Positions 1 through 14,434 of a stretch of 64,000 nucleotides of DNA are shown piece by piece. Under the pieces are notes generated by a model. That model did no database searches, was not told where the DNA came from, and worked only from the letters and a program-made list of their open reading frames with translations. The stretch comes from Eledone cirrhosa. Taxonomy: Eukaryota. Location: assembly GCA_964016885.1 (NCBI GenBank), contig CAXHJY010001396.1, forward strand, positions 1 through 64,000, given 5' to 3'. Each line of letters starts with the position of its first letter. Position 1 is the stretch's first letter. The position numbers and the translations under genes are program-made.

Positions 1-1017
1 ATACACACACACACAATATATATATATATATATATTCTCTTCATCTTAACATGCTAACCATACTCCCACACACATAACACCCATACACACACATAACAAC
101 CCCCACACCTACAACACCCTCCCCATTTCTACTAATAGAACCACTTTCCTACACACATATATATATATACACACACACAAAATATATATTCTCTCCATCT
201 AACATACTCGCACACACACACATAACACCCATATACACACACACACAACTCCCTCCCCCATCTCTACTAATAGAATCATCTTCCAATACACACATACACA
301 CACATATACACACACACAAGCACACAAATAAACACATATCTCCAGTCTCAATAGAAAATCTGAACTCTGACACCTGAACTCTGACAGCTGGCCATATTCA
401 CTGAACCAGAACATTTCTTCCAATCCCTTTTCCCTTGACCACTATCTCTCCATTGTCATAACATTCACTATAAAGACTACAGAATAGTTTTCCAAATAAG
501 GGCGCAAAAATGTAATGAAAACTTGTTCACGTGACAGCCAAATTTCATTTATAACCAACCAAAAAAAAGCCTTCGTGAGCCTCATTTTTTCAAGTAAAAA
601 GAAATTTAAACACTCATATATGAAAAAACAACCTGTGACAACCCCCCCCCCCCCTTCTCTTATTTGAAGAACTATTGTAACGCGAACTGGCGCGAAATTT
701 ATTATAATTATTGACAAACCAATCAAATTACTTCTCGAAAAACCTGGCTTTCGAGCCACTTTTTCCATATAAAACAAGTAACATTTAGAGACCAACCAGA
801 TGTGAGAAAAACCACAGACCCTCCATCTCAACTCACCTTTTGAAAAGCAGAAGAACTGCGAAACCGGTAAAGGAACCAAATAAATATATATATTTTTTTT
901 AAAAATAAGACTTCAGTTGCATTTTCGATTTCATCCCTTTTTCTTTATACTTCCACTCGTGTAGGACACCGGTTATTTTTCATTTTGTAAAAAAAAACCT
1001 CACTTTCTAATATATAA

Positions 1018-1061
<44 letters not shown>

Positions 1062-1575
1062 ATATATATATATATAAACATATATATATATAAACATATA
1101 TATAAACATATATAAACATATATATAAACATATATATATATATATATATATATGGAAAAAATGAAACGAAATTTTATTTCTCACTCTTAATACGGCTGTT
1201 ACTTAAATATATATTGTTTACAAACGAACCGAGCATTATAATAAATGTTCGGTGGACGCATACGTACATATATATATATGTGTGCATGTATGTATATATA
1301 TATACATACTACTGTACGTCTGTATACATATATCTATGTACGTATACATACTTACATATATATGTGTGGGGCGGGGGTAGTTTGGGGAGAAATATATAAT
1401 TACTGGGGAGGAAGAGGCCCCTTTTCTCCCTAGCTCAATCGCCCCTGCTGTATTAATTTACTGCATAATTAAAATATAAATTATAAAATAAATTAAGGAA
1501 AATAATTCAAAACATTTATTAAGAGAAAATCAGATTATGAAAGAGAGGAGGTGAGTAGAAAAGGTGTGGTGTTAC

Positions 1576-1636
1576 TTGTTCATTGCACAGGTCAGCTTCG
1601 TATTCATTGCCGTCACAATATTCTGATTGGATGGGT
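1576..1636 (-). CDS. ADAMTS-like exon, second half of TSP1 (RPIQSEYCDGNEYEADLCNEQ)
   Basis: tttatag acceptor, gtaaca donor; 61 nt, phase 2->0; CxG...CN motif. The gene presumably continues left of the window. Confidence 0.88.
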
Positions 1637-1682
1637 CTATAAAAAACATCAGATATCTCTAAAATATATAGAAACATATTAC

Positions 1683-3874
1683 AGCCCACACACACACACA
1701 TTACTGCCCACGGACACACACACACATACATAACTGCCCACGGACACACGTACACACACATTACTCCCCACGGACACACGCACATACATAACTACACACA
1801 CACACACGCACGCACACATTACTGCCCACGGACACACACACTACTGCCCACGGACACACACATACATTACTGCCCACGTACATACACACACACTACTGCC
1901 CATGGACACACACACACATTACTACTGCCCACGGACACACACACACATTACTGCCCACGGACACACACACACATTACTGCCCACGGACACACACACACTA
2001 CTGCCCACGGACACACACACACTACTGCCCACGGACACACACACACATTACTGCCCACGGACACACACACACTACTGCCCACGGACACACATACATACAT
2101 TACTGCCCACGAACACACACACACTACTGCCCAAGGACACACACACACTACTGCCCAAGGACACACACACTACTGCCACGGACACACACACACACTACTG
2201 CCCACGGACACACGCGCACACATTACTGCCCAAGGTCACACACACACGCACACACACTACTGCCCACGGACGGACACACACCGATAACTGCCCACAGACA
2301 CACGCACACACATAAATGCCCACGGACACACACTCACACTAATGCCCACGGACACACACCCACTACTGCCCACGGACACACGCACACACACACGTTACTG
2401 CCCACGGACACACACACACACTACTGCCCACGGACACACACACTACTGTCCACGGACACACACGCACACACACACACACTACTGCCCACGGACACACACA
2501 CACACACACACACTACTGCCCACGGACACACACACACACACACTACTGCCCATGGACACACATACACACTACTGCCCACGGACACACACACAGACTACTG
2601 CCCACAGACACACACATAACTGCCCACGGACACACGCACACACACACACACACACACATAACTGCCCATGGACACACAAACACACTACTGCGCACGGACA
2701 CACACACTACTGCCCACGGACACACACACACACTCACACTACTACCCACGGACACACACACACACTACTGCCCACGGACACACACATATTACTGCCCACG
2801 GGGACACACATATTACTGCCCACGGACACACACATATTACTGCCCACGGACACACACATACACACACACACACACACTACTGCCACGGACACACACACAT
2901 AACTGCCCACGGACACGGACACACACACACACTACTGCCCATGGACACACGCGCACACATTACTGCCCAAGGTCACACACACACACGCACACACACTACT
3001 GCCCACGGACGGACACACACACTACTGCCCACGGACACACGCACACACACACATTACTGCCCACACACACACACACACACATTACTGTCCCCCCCCCCCC
3101 CACACACACACACACATTACTGCCCACACACACACACACACACTATTGCCCACGATCACACACATTACTGCCGATGGCCACGGACACGGACACACATTAC
3201 TGCCCACGGACACACACACACACACACTACTGCCCACGGACACACGCACACACACACACACATAACTGCCCATGAACGCACACTACTGCCCACGGACACA
3301 CACACACACACACTACTGCCCACGGACACACACACACACTACTGCCCACGGACACACACACATTACTGCCCACGGACACACACACATTACTGCCCACGAA
3401 CACACACATACACACACACACACTACTGCCCACGGACACACACACACTACTGCCCATGGACACCCACACACGCACTACTGCCTCCGGCCACCCACACACA
3501 CAGTACTGCCCACGGACACACACACACACATATAACTGCCCACGGAAACACACACACACATTACTGCCCACGGACACACACACACACTACTGCCCACGGA
3601 GACACACACACACACAATACTGCCTATGGACACACACACACACTACTGCCCACGGACACACACACACACTACTGCCCACGGACACACACACATAACTGCC
3701 CACGGACACACACACACACATAACTGCCCATGGACACACACACACACTACTGCGCACGAACACACACACACACACACTACTGCCCACTGACACACACACA
3801 CACACACTACTGCCCACTGACACACACATACACACACTACTGCCCACGGACACACACATACACACACTACTGCC

Positions 3875-3912
<38 letters not shown>

Positions 3913-4466
3913 ACTGCCCACGGAAACACACACACACACATTACTGCCCACGGACACACACACACATTACTACCCACGGACACACACACACTACTGCCCA
4001 TGGACACACACACACACACACACACACTACTGCCTATGGACACACACACACACACTACTGCTCACACACACGCACACTACTGCTCACACACACGCACACT
4101 ACTGCCCACACACACACACACACACTACTGCCTATGGACACACACACACACACTACTGCCCACGGACACACACACACACTACTGCCCACGGACACACACA
4201 CACACACTACTTCCCGCGGACACACACACACACTACTGCCCATGGACACACACACACACACACACTACTGCCTATGGACACACACACACACTACTGCCCA
4301 CGGACACACACACACACTACTGCCCACGGATACACACACACACACATACACACTACTGTCCACGGACACACACACACATAACTGCCCACAGACACACACA
4401 TTACTGCCCACGCACACACACATAAATGCCCACGCACACACACATAACTGCTCACACACACATTAC
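1683..4466. repeat. Intronic minisatellite, core ctactgcccacgga followed by variable (CA)n
   Basis: On the order of 100 visible units with variable CA spacers; fills almost the whole intron 1637-4483. Confidence 0.97.
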
Positions 4467-4483
4467 TAATTGTTTCTACCTAC

Positions 4484-4644
4484 CTGGGGTTGTTACATTC
4501 GCGATAAGCAAACCGAACTCCACCACCACAAGTCCGACTACATTTGGTAAAAGCCTTCCAGTCTCCCCATCCACCAGCACGAACCACCCACTCTTTTTGT
4601 AAATTCTTCCTTTTGTAGGTTAAGCAGCTTTTCTTGAAACAAAC
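4484..4644 (-). CDS. ADAMTS-like exon with a TSP1 repeat ([30 protein letters not shown])
   Basis: Canonical thrombospondin type 1 WxxW...CSRTCGGG...RxCNNP; tttag acceptor, gtaggt donor. Confidence 0.95.
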
Positions 4645-4687
4645 CTAAAATAAAAGATTAAACATTTTTATACATATTAAACAAAGC

Positions 4688-4835
4688 GGCGGCGAATTGG
4701 CAGGACGTCAGATAGACTGCTTGCCATATGCGTTCCGATTCTCTGCGCTCTGAGTTCAAATCCCGCCAAGGTCACTTTTGCCTTTCATCCTTTCGAGGTC
4801 GATAAAATAAAGTACCGGTCAAATGCTGGGGTGAA
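4688..4835 (+). mobile_element. SINE family A (representative copy; others at ~4990-5100-, 6040-6110-, 6325-6490+, 6905-6975+, 12480-12580-, 39810-39960+, 47975-48130+)
   Basis: Recurrent core gagttcaaatcccgcc-aggtcaactttgcctttcatcc...gtcgataaaataaagtacc with a pol III B-box-like GTTCAAATC. Confidence 0.85.
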
Positions 4836-5448
4836 TTCGCTCTCTCTGGAAAAAAAATCAACTGTGTTCAGAACTGGAGATGGGATGGGCTCCGCCAGAT
4901 TTAAAGTGTCTAAGACACACCATATCAAGACGAAATATAAGTAGCATAAATAATTATTTCTACATTTGGCACAAGGCCAGCAATTATCCCAGTGCATTAC
5001 TGGTACTTTATTGTATCGACCCTGTAAGGATGAAAGGCAAAGTTAACCTCGGCAGGATTTGAACTCAGACCGTAAAGGGTCGTAACTCTATGCTGCAAAG
5101 CATGACCTCTGATCCCCACCAATAAAATAAAACAACTCAATTTAAACTCTACAAGATCAATATCCAATAAAATAACACAACCCATATTACACACACCACA
5201 GAGGAAATACTAAAATAACACAAGAAACAACAAGTTCAATACATGCAGTACACTAACAGGAGGAGGTTATACTCCCCACCTGCACAAAAATATAAACACA
5301 CAATACTGCACACACCTCAAGAACACGGAGGTGCACCAAGTGATGCAGTAGAAATTCCCATGAAACTATCAAAAAAATGATGATGAGGAGGATAATGTTG
5401 GCGACGACAACGATAGATAGATAGATAGAAAACGCATGTTCACCATAC

Positions 5449-5562
5449 CTTTCCCGGCGCGCAATACATTCCGTTCAAACCTTTTGCATTTTCCTTTTTT
5501 ATCAAACCAAATCCAGGTCCATCTCTCAGGTTAACACAGTAAAATTTACGATGACAGTAATA
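5449..5562 (-). CDS. ADAMTS-like disintegrin-like exon (YYCHRKFYCVN...NGMYCAPGK)
   Basis: tttccag acceptor, gtatgg donor; 114 nt, phase 0->0; NGxxCxxGK resembles the DGTxCGxGK motif. Confidence 0.88.
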
Positions 5563-6554
5563 CTGGAAACGAAAAGATGATGTTGTTGTAGTAGTAGTAG
5601 TAGTAGTCGTCGTGGTCAATTAAAGAGTTCCATATGCCGAAAACGTTGTACTTCCGTCGGTTTCGACGCTGACCGTTCAGCTGTTGGATCAACTGAATGA
5701 TCAGTTCGTGAATTAACGAATATCCTTCACATAATTACTAAGCCAATTCAGCAAGACACAAGATGTGATAAGTTTGGACCTTTAAATTATGGGCACAGTC
5801 CATCCGATGGACCTCAACACACTTTCCGTCTACCCAATTTTATTCACAAGGTTTGGGATGACTCCAAGATATAGTAAAGGTACTTGCCCTAAATGATTAA
5901 AACGACCCCGGTATATTACTGGTACTGGTTGTGTTGCTATCGGAAGAATGAAAAGCATACTCAACAGTGATATAGTTTCTACGATGGGTACGAGTGTTCA
6001 GATTTGTGGGGAAAAAATAATCGATTAAGATTGGCATTAGTATTTCATTTATCGATCCCACAAGAATGAAAGGTAAAGTTGATCACGGCAGAATTGGAAT
6101 TTGGAACGTAAAGGAATATAATCAATCTCATTTTTTTTTTCTTATGAAATTGATACTAAGCTTAGGTCCAGCACAATACATTTGGAAGCAGGGAGGAGGA
6201 CAATAAATCATATTGTTCTCAGCATTTAACTGGTAGCTATTTAATTGATCTCGGGAGAGTAAAAAGAAAAATTAACATCGACAATATTCGAACTCAGCCC
6301 ATCAATGCAACGCCTTTCTATAAAATTGGCAGAATCATCAGAACATTGAATTACATACTTTGTAGCCTTTAGTTACTACCCATTACTTTCTATGGTCAAA
6401 TCCCGCCCAAGTCAACTTTCATTTCATCTTTCCAGGGTCCATAAAATAAAGTACCAGTCACGTCCTGGGTCGATGCAATTGACTTTCCCCTCCTCACAGA
6501 CTGTTGGACTTGTACTTAAATTAACAATGCCTATTGAAAGGAAGTTGTATTTAC

Positions 6555-6634
6555 CTTCATGTTTTCTCTTTCACGGTAACGAAAGCCTATACCCGCATTT
6601 TTCTCACAGTATTCATGGTGTGTGACATTGACCA
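6555..6634 (-). CDS. ADAMTS-like disintegrin-like domain exon (VNVTHHEYCEKNAGIGFRY...)
   Basis: ctatcag acceptor (phase 1), gtaaat donor (phase 0); resembles the 'xxQCxxxFG' pattern. Confidence 0.75.
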
Positions 6635-8083
6635 CTGATAGGCCAGGCATGAAATAAAGTAAACAAAAATATATCTGTTTTAAAATATTAAATAAGATTT
6701 TTAAATGAAAAATACATATTTATTAGGAATAAATTACAGGTTTTATTGTAAATAAAAATGTGTCTTTATGGTTATGAAAAGGAAAGGAAAGACAAGGGTC
6801 TAGGGTCAGAGAAGGATGCGAGGGGGGGGGGGCTATGGCTAGGGTGCGGTAGTATTGGGGCTGCGCCCCGAGGACAAGACCGCAAAAGCATTCTTACTAT
6901 AGCAAAATTCTGAGTTCAAATCCCACCAAGGTCAACTTCGCTTTTCCTCTTTCTGGAGTCGATAAAATAAAGTACTAAACAAATACATCAATTGATTTAA
7001 TCAAGAAGAGGGGTGATAAAGGCTGATTGAAAATACACTGACAGAACTTGGACTGGTTCGGAACAGAAGGATATCCCTCCAGAATAACAAAGGCAGGTGG
7101 GACATTGTAAGAAAATAAATTTGTCATATCGAAGAGGAAGTGGGTGTGACGGAAGTAGTAGTGTGAGGAGTCCAATATGCATGGACAGCATTGGATCCAG
7201 CTGAACAAAGGAACTTCCGTGAAACATAGAGAAAATTGAACCAACAAGGTTGTGGTTCCTTCTCATAACGGTCATTTCTGGCAGAATATGGCTGACGACA
7301 TCACCAAGTTCTGGTAGCCCTTGCTGGGGTACTAAATCAACAACACAATTGTGTCAATGGAATGAGAATCAATATAAAGTTGCATCTTGTTATTTCTCAC
7401 AAGGAGGAGGAGGAAGAACAAGGCAGAAGTGTAATCAAAGAGTTAAAGACTGGGGGAGGTGCAATAACGGCGCAACTCCCTAGCTTTAAGGCATGGTCTG
7501 ACTTGATAAAGAACCCTGATTATTAAGTTGGGAAAGCAATATGGCGTGGTCACATGAAAGAACGAGCTTTAAAGAATCGTGTAAGGCACGGGGTTGGTAA
7601 TATACGGTATTTCTAGTAGAAGTAGGCTACCGGGGCGGATTTGTAGCTAGCTCCACTATATCCTACTTGGCTAGTGTAGATTTATGAAGAACAGAGCAAT
7701 TATTTGTGAACTGAGAGTGGGGGAACAGAAAACACCTCTTCATAGATATGGGAGACACATGTAACAGAATGATCAAAATTGAGAACAAAAAACGAATTTT
7801 TCACAAATATAACAAAATAGCTGTTACAGGGGTAAAAAGGTTACAGGAGCAACCAGCGTGTTGTGTCTACAGTGTGTCCCAATACCTTAGCATTCTCAGG
7901 TAGCATAAAGGCTGATCGGCACGGCTAAGGTGAGTGATACTTTTAGAAATAGCCGAAACTGCAGTGATCCCCAATCAACAGCTGATTAAAGGAATATCCC
8001 GCGGCGTTAGTTGATGGTGGAGAAATTGAAATATGACAAAGAAATGAGAGTTTTAACTGATTACATCTATAAAACTTACTTAC

Positions 8084-8178
8084 CTTCTGGTAATACGCCA
8101 AGAACGAGTCCTTTAAGTTGTTTCATGACCTGATCGTCTTCAATATTTTGTTCAAAGAGACAATGTCCACTAGGACCA
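8084..8178 (-). CDS. ADAMTS-like exon, end of the catalytic domain (GPSGHCLFEQN...VLPE)
   Basis: atttcag acceptor, gtaagt donor; CL motif; 95 nt, phase 2->1. Confidence 0.88.
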
Positions 8179-8284
8179 CTGAAATGTATATAATTGATTT
8201 ATATAGTAGGTACAGTACCAATAAATTTGATTAGGGAAATATAGTTGACTTAAATGACCCACTACTTAACACGAATGACCATGA

Positions 8285-8514
8285 CAGGGGTGGTGGAACT
8301 GGGGAAGGGGAATCCCCCCTCCCCTAATAATTATATTTTTCTCCCCAAACTACCAAAACATTTATATACATGTTATGTTTATTGCATATCGAAGTTGTTT
8401 ATATCTTGGTTGATATTTGGTAACAGCTAAGTTAATCACTACAACTAAATTGACCAAATTTGCCTCCCGCCCCCAAAAAAACTTCTTCATTCAGAAATGC
8501 TTCCACCGCCCCTG
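8285..8514. mobile_element. MITE with ~14-bp TIRs
   Basis: caggggtggtggaa / ttccaccgcccctg, flanked on both sides by catga. Confidence 0.6.
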
Positions 8515-8914
8515 CATGAAATTTGTACCTAGAAACTTCCCTCCCCAAGGCACAAGTACCATCTAAACCAGTCTCCCCTCGCCACGCCACCGATGTTGTC
8601 CAAGTAAGAGACAAAGGCTGATACAGCTTGGCACCAATGACGTCGCAACTCATTTCTTCAGTTGAGTAAACTAGAGCAATGTGAAATAAAGTGTCTTGCC
8701 CAAGGACACAACTGGTACTTATTTAAATAATCATCAGAATAATTGTTCCTAATTTTGACAGAAGGCCAACAGTTTGGAGGAAATGAAAGTCGATTATATT
8801 GAATTATTATATCGAACTCTGCCATTCTACCGCCTTTACAATCATCAGAATAATGAAAGATAAAATCTCATCTTAATAGCAATGATTTGAACCAAGAATT
8901 TAAATTTGCGTAAG

Positions 8915-9170
8915 TCTTCTTTTTCTTCTTCGCCCACTTATTCATGAGAGGGTCGTGGGGGCAGAGTCCTCAAACACTCCTTCCAGAGAGTCCTGTCAGA
9001 AGCAACCATCTCCAATTGATCCGGCTGGATCCCCAAGTGAGACCAGCCAAACTCGTGGGTGTTATCGAACTACCTTGCTCAGGGTCTGCCCCCGAGTCTC
9101 CTGCCGGTTGATTTTGCTCGTAAAATCTGTCCAGTGATTCTTTCCTGAGGCATTCTAACCACATGCCCAT
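8915..9170 (-). mobile_element. 3' end of an RTE-type LINE (same family as 46605-47318)
   Basis: The reverse complement shares gatcc-ccggatcaattggaga-ggtt-cttctgaca...cccacgaccctctca and an AAG-rich tail with the 47100-47318 copy. Confidence 0.8.
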
Positions 9171-9262
9171 AGTGGCATTGGTGGAACAACATTTACTTAC
9201 AGATTCACAGCTCCGAATCTATGTAAGTAAATATTGTAAATGTTGCTCCACCAATTCCACTA
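9171..9262. repeat. Short foldback/MITE
   Basis: tagtggcattggtggaacaacatttac ... gtaaatgttgctccaccaattccacta inverted repeat. Confidence 0.7.
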
Positions 9263-10391
9263 GCCCGCCGCAAATCCCAAACGGACTACTTCAAATAAGA
9301 TAATACACGAATATAAATAATATATTAAATACGTTATTGCTGCTCTAATGATAATGAAATACATTATTTACTGGAGCACTGGTCAATTCAGGGTCGGATT
9401 TAGGACAAATGAGGCTCTCCTGTCTAGTTAAGTTATGAGGCCCCAAACATTTGAAAAATTCATCGTAAACATTTTTTTTTTGGCAAGAACATGGATCCTA
9501 TCCCTGGCCAACGGGGCCCTGTGCTTAAGCACACCTAAGCACAATGGTAAATCTGGCACATTTGTACTATCTAAACATACCTGTGTTGGGAATTATTATA
9601 AAGTTTATAATGTGAGCTATAACTGGGTTAAATAAATCCTCTCAATACAATTGCTTCTTTCCCTTTAGTCACTCACCAAATCATACTCTAATGAACATAA
9701 TTGATTGAAACATTCATATATTTATAATTTCAGTCACCGGATTTATTGAAATGGTAAGCTTGGAAATTTAGTCGTTCATACATCAGACCTGTCAACTCTT
9801 GCCGTCCGACGATGCGTTCCGCCACCGACCCGTATGTTTTTGTTAATGCCTGCCTATGCCGCCGACGCGGGGTGGGATCGCCTCCGTTCTGCATTTCCTC
9901 TTTTCCACCGGCCGCCACCATGGTGGCGGCAGCGTGTGTATTTTTTACGCCCTCTTGCCGTCTTCGTTTTTTCTGGGGTGAGTAAGAGATGTCTTCTCTT
10001 GTGAAAAGGGGTTTAGCTTTCATTCTGTAAAATCTCACCACTTTGCATCATTTCTCCCCGTTTGGAGGCACTTTCTTTTATGGTTAAATAAATGGTGCGG
10101 GGATCGGTAATTATATAGTGTACGTTCGTAAATATGCGATTTCTTGTAATGTTCTTTTTTTGTCATATATGTTTTTTAAATGTAAAATAAAATTATTATT
10201 AGATTCTGCAGCTGATGTATCAATATAAATCACTTACGAGAAAATTTTGCCGGGTATAGATTAGCCAAATTTAATAAGCAGGGGAGAGGTCTGAAAAATT
10301 AATAAGCGGGGCTAGGGAGAGATTATTCAAGACCTGAGAGTAACTGTACAATTCTTGCAAGTAAAAAAAAAAAAAACAATTTCTTATTTAC

Positions 10392-10517
10392 GAGATAAAC
10401 TTTTGAAATCTTTCCACAGAGCAATTGCTGAAATCCGTTCCTTTGCCACCCATGAGTCCTCTATTTTTTCTTCGATAATACTTACATGGAGTATTGGCAT
10501 CATGAGGCATCCCCAAA
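10392..10517 (-). CDS. ADAMTS-like exon: LGMPHD, Met-turn (GLMGG), FSNCS
   Basis: Completes HExxHxxGxxHD; ttctag acceptor, gtaaat donor; 126 nt, phase 2->2. Confidence 0.93.
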
Positions 10518-11462
10518 CTAGAATTTAAAAAAAAATAATAATGATAATAATTTATTATTCAGAAGTGATTTCAATATAGATATATCAAAAGTCAATTGGA
10601 AAGAGAACGTTAGTGAATTATTAGAGCGGCATATAGCAATTTAGCATTCCGACTGTTAGTTGACATATATCGTTATTTGACAGTATTAGAAGTGTTTGGT
10701 TCAGATGTGACAAATTATATACACAACACAGGTTGTTACGATTTCTTTCTTTACTTGGACTACCTTGATTTCTCTCCTTTGTGATCCTGTCTCTGATTGT
10801 GTACTCCTGAAGAAGGGCTAAAGCCCGACACGTCGAACTTCTTTTCTCTTTTCCATACAAATCGTGAAACTAAGACTTTTCTACCTTGAACTATATATAT
10901 ATGTTAGGTAGTAAAAGCACTCTACGTTATACAACTCATCCTGGTACATAAACGAAGTTAAATATTAATTTGATTAAAACAACAGGAGGCCGGGCTGGGA
11001 TCCTTTTAAAGTTTTATTGATGCAAAAAAACACGATATATATTTCAATGGGCTGGTTACGAAAGGTCCTGGCGACATCGTCAGGTTCGGATTGCATAATT
11101 ATTTAATCAATAAAACGAATTACGGCAAACACAAGCAGAAAATAGAGAAAATATTTCATACAGAGATGGCCTGCGAAACTGGTGTTATTGTTGCGGCAGA
11201 CCATCTCTGAATAACAAACCTGCCAATGCTAAGCATGCCATTAAAATATATATAGTGTTTTTTGCAAGAATAAAACTTTAAAAGGATATCCCCAGTCCGG
11301 TCTCCTGTTGTTTTAATCAAATTATATATATATATATAAGAGAGTATTGAAGTTTGCTTGAAGCATTGTGGAATAATGCTTCAGAAGATCCCGTTAAGGG
11401 TGAAAGCAGCGATTCTTTACTTAAACTTTAATCTGTTATTTTAATAAATATATATATATATA

Positions 11463-11695
11463 CTTGACTATATACATCTCGCTCTGCACACTAACTAGTT
11501 ACCTACCCAAGCAAAACGCTTGAATAACCCCACATGCTGGTAAAATAACGTCTTACGAAAGGGCAGATATTACAGGACGTGTCATAAATGCTAAACACGA
11601 ACCAAACGAATCCGTCTATGGTAATTACACAAATTTAAAATTTGGAGCAGTTATATACTATAATAAGTGTGCAGAGTGAGATGTATATAGACAAG
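11463..11695. mobile_element. MITE with ~30-bp TIRs
   Basis: cttgactatatacatctcgctctgcacact / agtgtgcagagtgagatgtatatagacaag. Confidence 0.7.
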
Positions 11696-12245
11696 ACCTT
11701 AACACTTACTGAGGAATGGTATTACATGGTCTTAATGATGCTTATTACCAAAGTCGATAACTGGTGATTGATACCAATCATTAAAATCGATTATAAGCGT
11801 CGTGTTCTGGAATTCATGAAATAAGTGAACTTTAGGCGATTTTAGCTTTATTCTTTCTTTAAGTGAGTACAGTTATTATTTATCATTCTTTATATATGTA
11901 TAAAATACTAGTTGTTTCTCAACTTGATATATGGAAAATATATCATTTGTATATTGTTTAAATTTATGTAAATTATGCTCTGAGCTTAATGTTCATTGAG
12001 CTTTCTTTGTTGAGTAACATAACCAGTATATATGTTATTTGCTTAGTCCAACTATTACTGGTATTCATTTTCAGCTGAGTAGACTGGAGCAACGTGAAAG
12101 GAAGTGTTTTGCTCGACAAAGCAACATAACCTAGTGAAGGAATCGAACCCATGACTTTATGATCGTTAGTCCAACATATTTACCACTAGGCTACACGCCT
12201 CCACATAATTAAGTATAGCAACGTAAAATCTGTTAATATACTTAC

Positions 12246-12374
12246 ACGTGACCTATTTCGTGAGCCATGGCTACATATCTTCCCCATGATGCTCCCCTAG
12301 AGACACCACATCGAGATCTTTTTTTACACGCTCCGCCAACATATGCAAGTCCGATAGGATAGATTGGTCTATGT
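12246..12374 (-). CDS. ADAMTS-like exon with the zinc-binding HEIGH motif (PIGLAYVGGACKKRSRCGVS...MAHEIGH)
   Basis: tttttcag acceptor, gtaag donor; GLAxVGxxC and AHEIGH; 129 nt, phase 2->2. Confidence 0.95.
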
Positions 12375-13238
12375 CTGAAAAAGAGAAACATTTCTGTCGT
12401 TATAAAATGCTGTCAAACATTCGAAATATCTATTCTCATCTTTGGCAACAGATCATACATTTTGGGAGAAAGAAACAGTGAATGAAATCAACCTCAGTAC
12501 TTGGTTGAAATGAATGTTATCAAACCCTAAAAGATGAAAAGAAAATTCAACGAATGTTAGATTCGAACTCAGAACATAAAGGGATGAATGTTGGAAATAT
12601 TAAATTCCTTTCACAGGGCCAAGGTAAACAAACTGGGATGGGTGGGAGTGTACAGTTGATTGAATTTCTTGTAGTGTATCATTGCATATTTTATGTTTCT
12701 AATATAAGCGAAAGACGTCCCACAATTTAGAGTAGAGTGTAGTTGATTGTATCGCCCTCAATAGTTGAAGGAAGATATAAAAATAATCTGGAATTTCCGT
12801 GGGGTGTTAGCTAGATCCGATAAACAATGTAGAACACAAAGAAATTTAGAAAAATCTGAAATATTAATAAGGGGTGGGGACGTTTATTCGAGAGCCGAGA
12901 ATACATTATATCCCTCCATTTCAAAACAGTAGCGTATAATTTAAAGTAGATTTGGCTATTATTTCTAGCGGTGATGTAGAGATTACCTCGGTAGTTTGAT
13001 AGTGTACAGGAAATTGTATAGTTTCACATTCCCACCGACGAGAAATGTACAGCAGACACTTTCTGGTATTTGATTTGTTAAAAATATTACATCATATCAA
13101 ACGAGGAGCCTCTATATACATGGTCTTTCGACCTGCCAGAAATGACAACCAAATCTCCTTCAGATAATATCTCAGCGCCTTGAATATAAAAAGAATATAT
13201 TCTCAAGAAATGTATTTGTAAAATTAATTATACAATAC

Positions 13239-13339
13239 CCTGTAATGAGAAAAACCACATCAAATGGTTTTGCGTTGGCCTTCCGTCGGCAAAGGGATTT
13301 TAACATTGTCCCATGTCTGTTCGTTACATTAAGCCAGCG
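13239..13339 (-). CDS. ADAMTS-like catalytic exon (RWLNVTNRHGTMLKSLCRRKANAKPFDVVFLITG)
   Basis: tttgtag acceptor, gtattg donor; LxSxC...DxxxLxT motif; 101 nt, phase 0->2. Confidence 0.88.
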
Positions 13340-13660
13340 CTACAAAGAAACAAATAACGATAAAAAAAAAGTTAGTCGAGAGTTAATTTTTCTTGATTTA
13401 AAGAAATGAAGAGTAAACTGAAAAGTGGCAAAGAGTTTTAGAGAATGGTGAGAGAGAAGAATAAAAGAATAAAAACAAATAGAGAATGAGAGCAAGTATC
13501 AAGATTGCCATACTTTTCACAACTGTACACTGTTATTGTTTTCTTTTTAATTTGGAAACTTTGCTATCATACTTTAAATTTATGTTTAATTGTAAGATTC
13601 TTTTTGAAAATCCTATCCAATTATCAACTAAGTCTATTAGAACCGACTTACAGAATATCC

Positions 13661-13715
<55 letters not shown>

Positions 13716-14434
13716 GGTGTGTGTGTGTGTGTGTGTGGCGGGTTCAGTCGGGTGATTGGACACCCTGATGGATAAAAAAGAAGACCTGACAAAGGGAGGA
13801 GGAACTCACGAGAATCAACGGCCATCCAACCTTGTATATATGTATATACTGTGTCGATGTATAAATGTGTGGGCAATTATTTACGTGTACATGTGTATTA
13901 TAACTTTTTTTTTAACATTCAAACTTTCAAACTTTAACCTCTAAACTTTTAACTTTTTAACTTGTAACTTTTAACTTTTAAAATACTTTTTTACCTAGTT
14001 ATTTATCTGGGAAAAAATTGTTTTACTTGAGTGGATACTCTGAAATAACTGCGGCTGATACATCTACCGATCATCTTGCATCTGCTTGTCACCGGATTCT
14101 TGCTGTTGATACTTGGAGAGCAGCATATGTGTCGCACAAGCATCTGCTACTATGATCTCCTTGTGCAAATACCTCTTCAAAGTCCTGTGGCGATGGGGAA
14201 GCAGTGACGTGTACAGACCTAACATGTTGGAGGTATGCAGTTGCTAATCTACCTACACACGGGCGGCTTAAGGCTTATCTAACGTTGTTGCCATTTTGCG
14301 GAATAGGAACTGCTTGGGCGGAGTCTTTTGTGACTGAGCAGCCCTTTACAAGGAGAACACTGTTCACCCAAATCTTGGAAGTGGTCTAGAAACAATAATA
14401 AAGATAAAACTGGAAGAAAATTGATATAACGTAC

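Noticed and set aside
1902-4469. His/Thr- and Cys/Val-rich ORFs (also YI-rich ORFs elsewhere)
   Set aside because: Translations of microsatellites and minisatellites.
7000-8020. Old LINE-like remnant
   Set aside because: The composition is suggestive, but no unambiguous motif could be read.
10481-10486. Internal GTAAGT donor making a 32-nt exon
   Set aside because: Reading through gives the Met-turn and FSNCS and the correct phase at 10392; at most a cryptic site.
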